The notes under the pieces were generated by a model. It had not been told where the DNA came from, did not search any database, and saw only the letters and a list, made by a program, of their open reading frames with translations. Positions 1 to 8,175 of a DNA stretch of 21,743 nt are shown here, piece by piece. The position numbers and the translations under genes are program-made. The stretch lies in assembly GCA_016840855.1 (NCBI GenBank), contig JAEORO010000106.1, positions 1 to 21,743 on the forward strand. The letters run 5' to 3'. This DNA is from Candidatus Thorarchaeota archaeon. Lineage in GTDB: Archaea; Asgardarchaeota; Thorarchaeia; Thorarchaeales; Thorarchaeaceae. Numbering within the stretch: position 1 is the first letter of the stretch; each line of letters begins with the position of its first letter.

Positions 1-1
1 C

Positions 2-118
2 GGCGAGGTTGTAGCTCAAGGTACACCCGAGGAGATTAGTGAAGCTTGGAGATCATATACGGGCAATCATTTACGAGCGGCACTCTTTGGTCCTAATGTT
101 CGATATGGTCCATTGTAA
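2..118 (+). CDS. uvrA: Excinuclease ABC subunit A, C-terminal fragment (gene starts before the window)
   Basis: Manual translation from base 2 gives GEVVAQGTPEEISEAWRSYTGNHLRAALFGPNVRYGPL*, matching the typical UvrA C-terminus (GG.VVA.GTPE...SYTG.YL). TAA at 116-118; uvrC lies about 2.1 kb downstream. Confidence 0.88.
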   Translation, partial: GEVVAQGTPEEISEAWRSYTGNHLRAALFGPNVRYGPL

Positions 119-491
119 TAAGTCTTCATTCTGCCCTTATTGCGAATAATCTCTGCGACCATCACAATAATTACTATAGATGAGAATCCCACCAGCAATG
201 TTGACGCTAAGGTGACCGGGTTGATTACATCGCCATTTAGTGACGTGGTAAAAGATACAGATCAATTTCCTCGCCAAGAAGAGCTAGTACCATGGAATCT
301 GGAGACCCTATCACACTATAGACAATTTGGTCAACATATGGCCCGGTATTCAAGTTGTCTGTTTGTTCAGATAAAGCAACAGAGAGATTTGGAGTTAACA
401 TCAGTGATAACAGAAGCACAATGGTTGTCAATGGGATTACCCACTGCTTTCTCAACGTTATCACCCTCGTCCCTTCATAGTATGAATACAT
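67..491 (-). pseudogene. Internally deleted/frameshifted ABC transporter substrate-binding (surface) protein remnant
   Basis: ORF 491-237 has a signal-peptide-like stretch (RKQWVIPLTTIVLLLSLMLTP) followed by TGPYVDQIVYSVI...MVLALLGEEIDL, which resembles the start of Asgard peptide-binding proteins, and then stops. A different frame opening at about 262 reads SVSFTTSLNGDVINPVTLASTLLVGFSSIVIIVMVAEIIRNKGRMK..., a C-terminal TM anchor with basic tail (stop 69-67). Confidence 0.6.
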
Positions 492-586
492 TCTCCTAAA
501 ACTTCTTTGAATTACTCAATAGAACTCTATTTTCAAGCAAACTATGTTTGAATAGCGAGTTCTCATAACCAGAAATTATATAGAAG

Positions 587-1231
587 TCATAATTTTACAG
601 CTATGGTGCATCCTTCGCCAATGGGTAAAATCGTACTGATGACATTCATCTTTAGTAGATCATTGTTAAACTTGTCAATTGCTCTGTCAGACGCATTCCA
701 CTCATTTGAAGATCTAATGACAGGAAACAGTGTATCATCAATAAGAAAGAGACCTCCCTTTTTCAAAACCCTGATGCAATCCTCAAGCATGACTGGGTAA
801 AGTCGTTTGGATGAGTCTTGGAAAACAACATCGAAATATTCAGAATCCAACTCCGAAATAATCTTCCTAGCATCGCCAACAAGTATCTCTATATTATCAG
901 ATACACCCTCTCTCTTGAAAGCCTCTCGAGCAGTTTCAACAATTGACTCGTTTATTTCAATCGTGGTCACAGTTCCACCAAATCTCCTCGCAGCAAGTGC
1001 CAGAATTGTTGTAGAAAATCCAATGCTCATCCCAATCTCTAAAATTCTCTTTGGCTTACTAAGATTCAGAAGAAACTTGAAGAGTCGGGATATATCATCC
1101 TCGATTACTGGTTCAAAGCTGTCGAGACCAGTGGCTTTGCTATAGTCTTCCATTCTCGGTTTGTCTGTTTCTCTGTATATCTCATCAATGTAATCCCAAG
1201 CTCTCTGACAATCAAAAGGTACTTCGATCAT
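587..1231 (-). CDS. Class I SAM-dependent O-methyltransferase (Methyltransf_3 / TrmR-YrrM-like)
   Basis: Motifs KRILEIGMSIGFST, TTIEIN, VGDA, FDVVFQDSSK, LKKGGLFLIDD, IGEGC. ATG at 1231 preferred over the ORF-track start at 1279. Confidence 0.88.
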   Translation of the reverse strand: MIEVPFDCQRAWDYIDEIYRETDKPRMEDYSKATGLDSFEPVIEDDISRLFKFLLNLSKPKRILEIGMSIGFSTTILALAARRFGGTVTTIEINESIVETAREAFKREGVSDNIEILVGDARKIISELDSEYFDVVFQDSSKRLYPVMLEDCIRVLKKGGLFLIDDTLFPVIRSSNEWNASDRAIDKFNNDLLKMNVISTILPIGEGCTIAVKL

Positions 1232-1533
1232 GCAGGGACCTACTTGGTCTTCCCTTATGTGAGTTAGGTTTGGGATCACTTATCTTCAAAAATATGGAAT
1301 TCATTAAAAACGCGCCATCCATTAATGATTTGTCAAACGATTTTTCGGATTATACACATATTTAGTCAACAATTCTAAGAAAAAATAGATTTCATAATCT
1401 CAATTTCAACAATAAAGATATTATCATGTCTAATATACCAAATTATAAATATTATAACCATTAAAAAAGCGAAAAAAGGCAAATGAGTCGCATTTTACCA
1501 CGAAAATAATATGCGAATACAATACACACACGG

Positions 1534-1540
1534 TATATAA
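1534..1540 (+). promoter_or_regulatory. Putative archaeal TATA box for the TPR gene at 1621
   Basis: TATATAA at the end of an AT-rich 340-bp divergent intergenic region; implies a transcription start near 1563. Confidence 0.5.
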
Positions 1541-1562
1541 CAGCTCCCCGAAGAATCGTTAA

Positions 1563-1619
1563 TGGTTGTCTTTCTCCTTGACAACCAATTCGCACTGTCC
1601 GCCGGGAGGACACAGGACA
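1563..1619 (+). promoter_or_regulatory. Putative structured 5' leader (two hairpins)
   Basis: TGGTTGTC (1563-1570) pairs with GACAACCA (1580-1587). TGTCC (1596-1600) can pair with GGACA at 1608-1612 or 1615-1619, overlapping an SD-like GGAGGA. Confidence 0.4.
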
Positions 1620-1620
1620 A

Positions 1621-2136
1621 ATGATACAACGTGAAGAGTCTTCCGACTCTACGCCTACGATAGCCGCGACAACAAAGACATCTAGTGCGATATACGAAGC
1701 AGACCTCAGAACGAGACTGGCTACTTTTCCACGGGATGTACTCGCTTGGTTTGCTTTAGGACGATACCTACGTTCAGTAGGTCAACTCAGAGAGGCTGAA
1801 GAAGCACTTAGAAAAGCAGTTGCTATCAATCCTAAGCCTCTCCCATTCTGGGAGGAGCTTGCCTTGACTCTTGTAGATCTGGGGCGGATTGATGAAGCCT
1901 ACAGCATCTGCGACCAGAACTTGCGACAAAATGATGACTCTATCCAGAAAAGAGTCGCTGAACTACGAAAGCTAGAGAGGTCCGCTGATACTCAGTATCC
2001 AGCTGAGACCTCTCCCTGTGTCGCATGTTCTGAGTATACCTATTACGGATGCTCAAAAGGTACAGAATGCGATGCAATCGTTCGCTGGCGATCCGTCATG
2101 GGAAATATCCTACCAAGCATGAAAAACCGGACTTGA
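1621..2136 (+). CDS. TPR protein with C-terminal Cys4 (CX2CX7CX5C) metal/Fe-S motif
   Basis: TPR pattern AWFALGRYLRSVGQLREAEEALRKAVAINP / FWEELALTLVDLGRIDEA; C-terminal PCVACSEYTYYGCSKGTECDAIVRW. Confidence 0.8.
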   Translation: MIQREESSDSTPTIAATTKTSSAIYEADLRTRLATFPRDVLAWFALGRYLRSVGQLREAEEALRKAVAINPKPLPFWEELALTLVDLGRIDEAYSICDQNLRQNDDSIQKRVAELRKLERSADTQYPAETSPCVACSEYTYYGCSKGTECDAIVRWRSVMGNILPSMKNRT

Positions 2137-2225
2137 ACATAAGTCACATCTTAAGAGCACATTCCGAATCACTGATTTATGGTAGCCTTATCAGGAGAGT
2201 TGAACTTATACAAGGTTGATGCCTA

Positions 2226-4037
2226 ATGTCTGATCTCAAGTCCTTGGTCGAAGATCTTCCAGATTCTCCCGGAGTCTATCTCTGGAAGAACGAGAAAGGT
2301 AAGATCCTCTATATTGGAAAAGCCAAGTTCTTGAGAAAACGTGTTGGCTCTTATATGAGGAAAACTGGTCTCTATCGACGAATTTGGGACATGATGCAAG
2401 AAGCACGGGATTTGGAAACCATTCTTACAAATACCGAAAGAGAAGCACTGGTCCTTGAACAGACTCTCATAAAGAAGCATCAACCTAAGTATAATATTGC
2501 CTTGAAAGATGATCGACGGCATGCTTGGGTAAGAGTTGACCTCTCTAAGACCATCCCGACCTTTGAGATTACTCGAGAAGCTCAGAAAGATGGCGCCAAC
2601 TACTATGGACCATATGGCAGTACGAAACGACTTGAACGGTTCTTAGATACAATTAGAAAATCTATCCCTGTGGCAATGTGCAAAGAACCTGCAAAGGTAA
2701 AACGAGAATGCATGGACTACCACCTTGACCGATGTTCCGGACCGTGTAAGGAACACATTGCTTTGGATGAGTATCACTCACTTGTTGAACAAATGTGCTA
2801 CTATCTTGAGGGTCGTCCAGAAGACCTAATTAAAATCCTCCAAAGCGAAATGCGAAATGCATCTGAAATGATGAACTTTGAAAAAGCTGCTGAGCTTCGA
2901 GACAGGCTACAAGACCTTGAGATTCTGATGAGTAGACAAAAGATCGTTGAATTTGAAGGTGCAAATAGAGACATACTTGGCATCTCTCGAACAGAACAAG
3001 CAGCTCTCATTGAAATGTTGATAGTTAGAAATGGACGTCTAATAGGACATGACAACTTCTACTTCGAAGTTGATCTTGACACAAAAGATGTAGAAGTACT
3101 AACTGCTTTTGTAGAACAATTCTATTTTGCGATTCCACGTTTACCTGATGAGATTATACTTCCAGATGAGCTTCCAGAGGGTAAACAACTCGGGGCGTGG
3201 CTGAGTGAGGCAAACGGACATCCAGTGAAGATTACTATTCCCGAAGATGACCGAGGAAAAGACCTTGTGGAGATGGCTAATAAGAATGCACACAGAGCAC
3301 TCAGAAAGATGTTGATTCTTGGAGATAGTGAAGACGAAATTGTTCACGAAGGCGTCAAGGAACTGAAAGAGGCTCTAGAACTCACTCAAGCTCCTATGCG
3401 AATTGAGGGATTTGATATCGCAAATATTCAAGGCACTGATCCAACTGGTTCGTGTGTGGTTTTCAAAAATGGTGAACCATATAACAAACGTTACCGAATG
3501 TTCAAAATTCGAGTAAAGGAAACTCCAGATGATTATTCAATGATGCGTGAGGTTGTGTATCGTAGATATTTTGGAGTTCTTGAACGGCGGGATGTCCTTC
3601 CTGATTTGATTCTTGTGGATGGAGGAAAAGGTCAACTCAAGATGGCTGTCGAGGCTCTAAAGGAACTAGGGTTAGAATATCTCCCTGTGGCAGCATTGGC
3701 GAAAAAGGAGGAGATTTTGTACACCCCAAATAATTCAGAGGGAATTCATCTTGAATTAGGGTCAGAAGGACTTCATCTAGTGCAAAGAATTCGAGATGAG
3801 GCACACAGGTTTGCTCAGAAGTATCATCACAAACTTAGAGAGAAGAGATTCACCGGGTCAATCTTAGAGGAAGCACCTGGAATTGGTCCAAAGAGGAGGG
3901 CTGCATTACTACAGACACTTGGAAGTTTTGAGAAAGTGAAAGAGGCTACAATAGATCAACTTGCTCAAGTTGATGGCATGTCTGAAAAAACAGCACGAAT
4001 CCTTCGAGAATGGCTTGATAAGGATGAATCTAGTTGA
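2226..4037 (+). CDS. uvrC: Excinuclease ABC subunit C
   Basis: GIY-YIG (PGVYLWK...ILYIGKAK.LRKRV), Cys-rich CX9CX7CX3C, UVR domain (MNFEKAAELRDR), RNase H-like domain (RIEGFDIANIQG, PDLILVDGGKGQL, RDEAHRFA), HhH (PGIGPKRR). Confidence 0.98.
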   Translation: MSDLKSLVEDLPDSPGVYLWKNEKGKILYIGKAKFLRKRVGSYMRKTGLYRRIWDMMQEARDLETILTNTEREALVLEQTLIKKHQPKYNIALKDDRRHAWVRVDLSKTIPTFEITREAQKDGANYYGPYGSTKRLERFLDTIRKSIPVAMCKEPAKVKRECMDYHLDRCSGPCKEHIALDEYHSLVEQMCYYLEGRPEDLIKILQSEMRNASEMMNFEKAAELRDRLQDLEILMSRQKIVEFEGANRDILGISRTEQAALIEMLIVRNGRLIGHDNFYFEVDLDTKDVEVLTAFVEQFYFAIPRLPDEIILPDELPEGKQLGAWLSEANGHPVKITIPEDDRGKDLVEMANKNAHRALRKMLILGDSEDEIVHEGVKELKEALELTQAPMRIEGFDIANIQGTDPTGSCVVFKNGEPYNKRYRMFKIRVKETPDDYSMMREVVYRRYFGVLERRDVLPDLILVDGGKGQLKMAVEALKELGLEYLPVAALAKKEEILYTPNNSEGIHLELGSEGLHLVQRIRDEAHRFAQKYHHKLREKRFTGSILEEAPGIGPKRRAALLQTLGSFEKVKEATIDQLAQVDGMSEKTARILREWLDKDESS

Positions 4038-4133
4038 CAAAAAGTTCGGTGTCCGACAGAATGATATACAGGCTTGACATCATATTTTTGAGAATTAAAC
4101 TTTGAAACTACGATCAAATGGAGAACACTAGAG

Positions 4134-4373
4134 ATGCCCATCAAAGTATTCCTCGCTGTTGTGACGAAACCTGGCAAGGAGAAAGAGGTTCAGAAGAATC
4201 TGAGAACTATTGATGAGGTGACACTGGCATGTTCTGTTTCTGACGGCTTATACAATGTAGTAGCAATGATTGAAGTCAAAACACTAGATGATTACCGTAC
4301 CTTCTCTATTGACAGGGTAAGTACAGTGCCCAATATAATTGACTACACATCATTCATCATAATGGAGCAGTAA
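4134..4373 (+). CDS. Stand-alone Lrp/AsnC ligand-binding (RAM) domain protein
   Basis: 79 aa, beta-alpha-beta-beta-alpha-beta pattern (VFLAVVTKPGKEKEV...GLYNVVAMIEV...PNIIDYTSFII), no N-terminal HTH. Confidence 0.82.
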   Translation: MPIKVFLAVVTKPGKEKEVQKNLRTIDEVTLACSVSDGLYNVVAMIEVKTLDDYRTFSIDRVSTVPNIIDYTSFIIMEQ

Positions 4374-4446
4374 TTTCAGTTTCTTCAGAATTTGAGTTTT
4401 GAAGAGTTTCTCCTCATATTCTATGGCGAACCTACAAACCCCGAAG

Positions 4447-4452
4447 TTTAAA
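4447..4452 (+). promoter_or_regulatory. Putative TATA box of the ferredoxin gene
   Basis: CGAAG-TTTAAA (purine-rich BRE-like bases then TTTAAA) about 65 nt upstream of ATG 4516. Confidence 0.5.
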
Positions 4453-4515
4453 TGGGACTGCTATCCGACAAATCGACGACGGACTTACATAAAGTCCAAG
4501 GACAGAGTGGTCACA

Positions 4516-4695
4516 ATGATCTGGAAAGTCAACGATAACTGTACTGCGTGTGGCACCTGCGCGGACGTTTGCCCTGTTGATCCCACACTATATGTGGTCA
4601 ACGACAAAGCTGTGTATCAGGTAGCACGAGCAGACGAGTGCACTGAGTGCTATGCCTGTGTAGATAGTTGCCCCGAAGGCGCTATTGAGGAATAG
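4516..4695 (+). CDS. 2[4Fe-4S] dicluster ferredoxin (59 aa)
   Basis: CTACGTCADVCP and CTECYACVDSCP motifs. ATG at 4516 gives typical ferredoxin length; the extension to 4399 looks non-coding and contains the TATA-like site. Confidence 0.93.
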   Translation: MIWKVNDNCTACGTCADVCPVDPTLYVVNDKAVYQVARADECTECYACVDSCPEGAIEE

Positions 4696-4744
4696 AACTC
4701 AAGCGATACTGACCCAAGCTTACAATGTGAGTGAGGGGTAGTCC

Positions 4745-4790
4745 GACAGGGGTGTCCAATGGGGCGCTCCTGTCAGTGACATTCTTTCTT
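4745..4790 (+). terminator. 13-bp RNA hairpin plus pyrimidine tract downstream of the ferredoxin
   Basis: GACAGGGGTGTCC-AATG-GGGCGCTCCTGTC (4745-4774), 13 pairs including three G-U wobbles that only form on the + strand, followed by ATTCTTTCTT; lies between convergent genes. Confidence 0.55.
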
Positions 4791-4804
4791 CATCAATCCA
4801 ATTA

Positions 4805-5083
4805 CTATTCAATTCCTCGTCTTCGGCCCTTGATTTTTCTAGGTTCTCCTAAAATTGAGTTGAATTTCTCCAAAAGAGAATCATCTTCTAACGCAACTAA
4901 GACATTGATAACTCCTTCTTCCAAACTTAATCTAACTGCTTCAATTCCGGTTTCTTGTCTTCCTCGCATTGAAATGTAATCTTCATTGATAGTCCCTTTT
5001 AATCCGAAGTTCTTTTCTAGCGCATCAAGAATGTCTTCTTGCTGACTATATGCAATAGTATAAAACGCTCTGACTTTAGCCAT
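4805..5083 (-). CDS. Hypothetical small alpha/beta protein (92 aa)
   Basis: Clean ORF filling the gap, SD-like GAGGAG upstream of ATG, protein-like composition, basic C-terminus; no family recognised. Confidence 0.75.
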   Translation of the reverse strand: MAKVRAFYTIAYSQQEDILDALEKNFGLKGTINEDYISMRGRQETGIEAVRLSLEEGVINVLVALEDDSLLEKFNSILGEPRKIKGRRRGIE

Positions 5084-5162
5084 ATAATTCTCCTCGAACT
5101 TTATCTTATATCAAACAACTCATAAGTTATAGTGTTGTCAAATACAAATTGGAGAGTGAGAA

Positions 5163-6818
5163 TTGTTGCATCGCTATGCAGTTCTAATCCTAATTACAAT
5201 GCTAATACTACCAACAATGACTGTTGCTTTCTCTACGGAACCAACAAAACAATATGATCCAGCGCAGTTCACACTGCAGACATTCAATCGAAATATGAAT
5301 GTGACAACTTTTGTTGGACCTGATTACGCTAATGAAACCATCATGCATTTTCTAAGAAGTGCTACTGAGAGTATCTATGTAGAGATGTATCAGTTCACAA
5401 GTCCAGGGTTTCTTAACTTAATCCATGAGATTTACAATAGCAATCCATCGCTCGATATCCACGTTTTGATAGCTGAAAATTCTTTGGGAGGATATCAAGA
5501 TGAGAACACATATACCATGTGGAATCTCACACAACTAGGAATTCCTGTTCGATGGACATCAAATACATTTACTTTCTCTCATCAGAAGTTCATTATAATT
5601 GACAATGACACAACCATTGTTCAAGCTGGTAATTGGGCACGTCCAAGTTTTCCATTAAATGAATGGGAATATGATCCTTATGGAGGGTTTACTCATAAGA
5701 ACTACGAGGGCAACCGAGAATTCAATATTGCAATGACTGATGAAGTCGTAACACAATATTATCGTGATGTCTTTGATTATGATTGGAGTATTGGTTCTGA
5801 TTACAATGAAGTTATAGATGGAACTGGCACTCCTTTAACTTGGGGGGCACTTGATAAAGTGTACTACCCACGTGTCTTTAACTACTCTGGTCATTTCTCT
5901 GGACAAATGAAAGTCACGCCAGTATTTAGTCCCGATACAAGTCTAGAGGCTATGCTGTGGGTCATCAATAGTGCACAAGCAACTCTCGACATCGAAATTC
6001 CCTATGTAAGCAATAGCTCTGTTGTTGTTGATGAACTACTTGATGCAATAGTTGCAGCGAAACACCGTGGTGTAACAGTCCGAATAATAATGGAGGCCAA
6101 CAGAAACGACAATGAAGCTGTCGCTCTTGCTTTTGCTAAAGAGAATATTCCAATTATTTGGATGGATCTGCGATTCTTCTCTGCTATTCACAACAAGGCA
6201 TTCATTGCAGATGGTCGCATGATATTAATTTGTAGTATTAATTGGAGTGAAGAAAGCATCTCCGAAAATCGTGAAGCTGGTGTTGTGATAGAACATGAAG
6301 GGATTGCAGGATGGTATCAAGCCGTGTTCGACTATGACTGGGGTCTCGCTGATTACGATACTCCTGATTATGTAAACTTGGGTTGGTTCCCTCACATTCC
6401 TACAAGTTCATCCGAGATTAATGTGACTGTATATGCTCACGAATACTATAATGATATTGATGAAGTCAAGTTGGGTGTAAAAATCAATAATGGTGCCTGG
6501 ACAAACTACACTATCACAGGAAATGTCTATGATTCCGCTGAACGTTATCCTGAGAATTTCTTCTATGAGATTGCCCCGCAACCAGATGGAACAAACATTA
6601 CTGTGGTGGCGTACGTTGATTCATTAGGTGTTGAGTCAAAGGGACTCGAAATGGTGATTCCCGTTCGCGACTCTATTGGCTCAGTCATCACAACACCAAC
6701 ATCAACTCCGACACCAACTGACAGTGATATTGCAGCACTGATTGCTGAGCTATTACCATATATTGCAATGGCAGTGGTTGCTTTAATTGCTGCAGTCTTT
6801 CTCAAGAAAAGAAAATAA
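5163..6818 (+). CDS. Secreted, C-terminally membrane-anchored phospholipase D superfamily protein (two HKD motifs)
   Basis: N-terminal signal-like hydrophobic stretch; HQKFIIID and HNKAFIAD motifs; NRE motifs; beta-rich domain; TTPTSTPTPT linker; TM helix plus KKRK tail; several N-X-S/T sequons. Confidence 0.9.
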   Translation: MLHRYAVLILITMLILPTMTVAFSTEPTKQYDPAQFTLQTFNRNMNVTTFVGPDYANETIMHFLRSATESIYVEMYQFTSPGFLNLIHEIYNSNPSLDIHVLIAENSLGGYQDENTYTMWNLTQLGIPVRWTSNTFTFSHQKFIIIDNDTTIVQAGNWARPSFPLNEWEYDPYGGFTHKNYEGNREFNIAMTDEVVTQYYRDVFDYDWSIGSDYNEVIDGTGTPLTWGALDKVYYPRVFNYSGHFSGQMKVTPVFSPDTSLEAMLWVINSAQATLDIEIPYVSNSSVVVDELLDAIVAAKHRGVTVRIIMEANRNDNEAVALAFAKENIPIIWMDLRFFSAIHNKAFIADGRMILICSINWSEESISENREAGVVIEHEGIAGWYQAVFDYDWGLADYDTPDYVNLGWFPHIPTSSSEINVTVYAHEYYNDIDEVKLGVKINNGAWTNYTITGNVYDSAERYPENFFYEIAPQPDGTNITVVAYVDSLGVESKGLEMVIPVRDSIGSVITTPTSTPTPTDSDIAALIAELLPYIAMAVVALIAAVFLKKRK

Positions 6819-6830
6819 AATTTGGACTTT

Positions 6831-6865
6831 AAAGGCCTCATGTTTGAGGCCTTTCCTATTTCTTT
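6831..6865. terminator. Perfect 10-bp hairpin between convergent genes
   Basis: AAAGGCCTCA-TGTT-TGAGGCCTTT (6831-6854) followed by CCTATTTCTTT. Confidence 0.7.
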
Positions 6866-6883
6866 CAGAAATATGATTAATGT

Positions 6884-7477
6884 TCATTCTGCTTTTTCAG
6901 TCATCTCAGCAAATTTGAAGCAGCTCTCTGCTTCCTGATTCTCGCCGCGTTTCTGGTGAAGGCCACCAGCGATACGATACGCTCTTGCAACCGCTGCCCA
7001 TTCCTGTTGCGCATCCAAACATAGAGCTAGTGCTTTCCATGTTTCAGGATTGTTTGAATCGTACCTGACAGCTTCATTATACGCCTTTATTGCCTCATCA
7101 ATTTTCAACAGACTCTCAAGGGCTCGTGCCTTCTTTGCCCACAGTTCTGCACTCTCTGGAGCATAAACAAGACCTTCTTCTGCAATATCGTTAGCCTCTT
7201 CAAAGGAACCAAGAGTAAGATAAGCCTCAGCCTTGTTCGAGTAAGCTCTGAAGTCCTGCTCTGATATGCTGATAGCCAGGTCAAAGGCAATGATCGCCTC
7301 TGTCTGCTCTCCGATGTGGATATGAGTCAGACCCATCTCGTTTAGTGCATCAAGATCATCGGGTGAGAGTTGTAGTGCATTACGGTATGCCTCAATGGCT
7401 TTCTTATTTTGACCCTGCAGTCGTAGAGTCCTTGCTCTAGACATCCACTGGTCAAAGGTCTGCACATTTTGAGACAT
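6884..7477 (-). CDS. Tetratricopeptide repeat protein
   Basis: About five TPR units (AIEAYRNALQLSPDD, AYSNKAEAYLTLG, LWAKKARALESL, AYNEAVRYDSNNPETWKALA). Confidence 0.9.
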   Translation of the reverse strand: MSQNVQTFDQWMSRARTLRLQGQNKKAIEAYRNALQLSPDDLDALNEMGLTHIHIGEQTEAIIAFDLAISISEQDFRAYSNKAEAYLTLGSFEEANDIAEEGLVYAPESAELWAKKARALESLLKIDEAIKAYNEAVRYDSNNPETWKALALCLDAQQEWAAVARAYRIAGGLHQKRGENQEAESCFKFAEMTEKAE

Positions 7478-7613
7478 ACTTAGATTTCAACGATTTCTTG
7501 TTTTAATGATATTTCTGTCAAATATCATCAAAATTCTCTAATTCGCATCAGACACAAGGATTTTAACAGAGCCGCTATTTCTCCAGTTCAGCCTTAATCC
7601 AGAGGAAACACGA

Positions 7614-8174
7614 ATGAACTCAGATGATGACACATTCTTCGAAGATGACGAATATGAGGAAGAAGAGGAAAACGATTTTCCTGATGAAGAATATGATGAA
7701 GACGAAGACATTGGTCTTGATACTATAGATGCAGAATATGGGCCTCCTGGTGGAGAACGGTTTTTGAAGTTCGTAGAAGATCCGTGGCCACCAACGACAT
7801 TCGTCCTAGTGGTCATCGGACTTGTTATGGTATTAGTAACTCCACCTGACTTTTGGGCTCTTTGGAACTATTTCCTCATTGCCAATTATTTCATGGTGAT
7901 ATTGGGTGGAGCTGCTATCGCATATTCATTTGTCGCGTGGAACCGTGCTGGAAGACATAGGCTAAGATGGGCTGCTGTGACGAATGTGATAGTTGTTATT
8001 TTATTGATTGCACTAGCCACTCTCGATTCGTCCATTTGGATGATCTCTCTAGACCATGGCCTTATTCCTGGTCTTGACACGCCTATAATCAGCCTGGCTT
8101 TAGTTCTAGCAGTGTTTTCGATTTATTCTCTATGGGTAATTCAGAGGAACTTTGCTCCCCCCAAGAGAAAATAG
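7614..8174 (+). CDS. Hypothetical 4-TM membrane protein with highly acidic N-terminal tail
   Basis: First ~40 aa are D/E-rich low complexity, then four hydrophobic helices and a basic C-terminus (PPKRK). Confidence 0.85.
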   Translation: MNSDDDTFFEDDEYEEEEENDFPDEEYDEDEDIGLDTIDAEYGPPGGERFLKFVEDPWPPTTFVLVVIGLVMVLVTPPDFWALWNYFLIANYFMVILGGAAIAYSFVAWNRAGRHRLRWAAVTNVIVVILLIALATLDSSIWMISLDHGLIPGLDTPIISLALVLAVFSIYSLWVIQRNFAPPKRK

Positions 8175-8175
8175 G

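Noticed and set aside
1280-1533. AT-rich 250-bp stretch as a replication origin
   Set aside because: No ORB-like repeats or G-strings and no adjacent orc1/cdc6; explained by divergent promoters.
4696-4790. SECIS element / selenoprotein ferredoxin
   Set aside because: The ferredoxin has no in-frame TGA and ends in TAG; the hairpin lacks a clear SECIS core.
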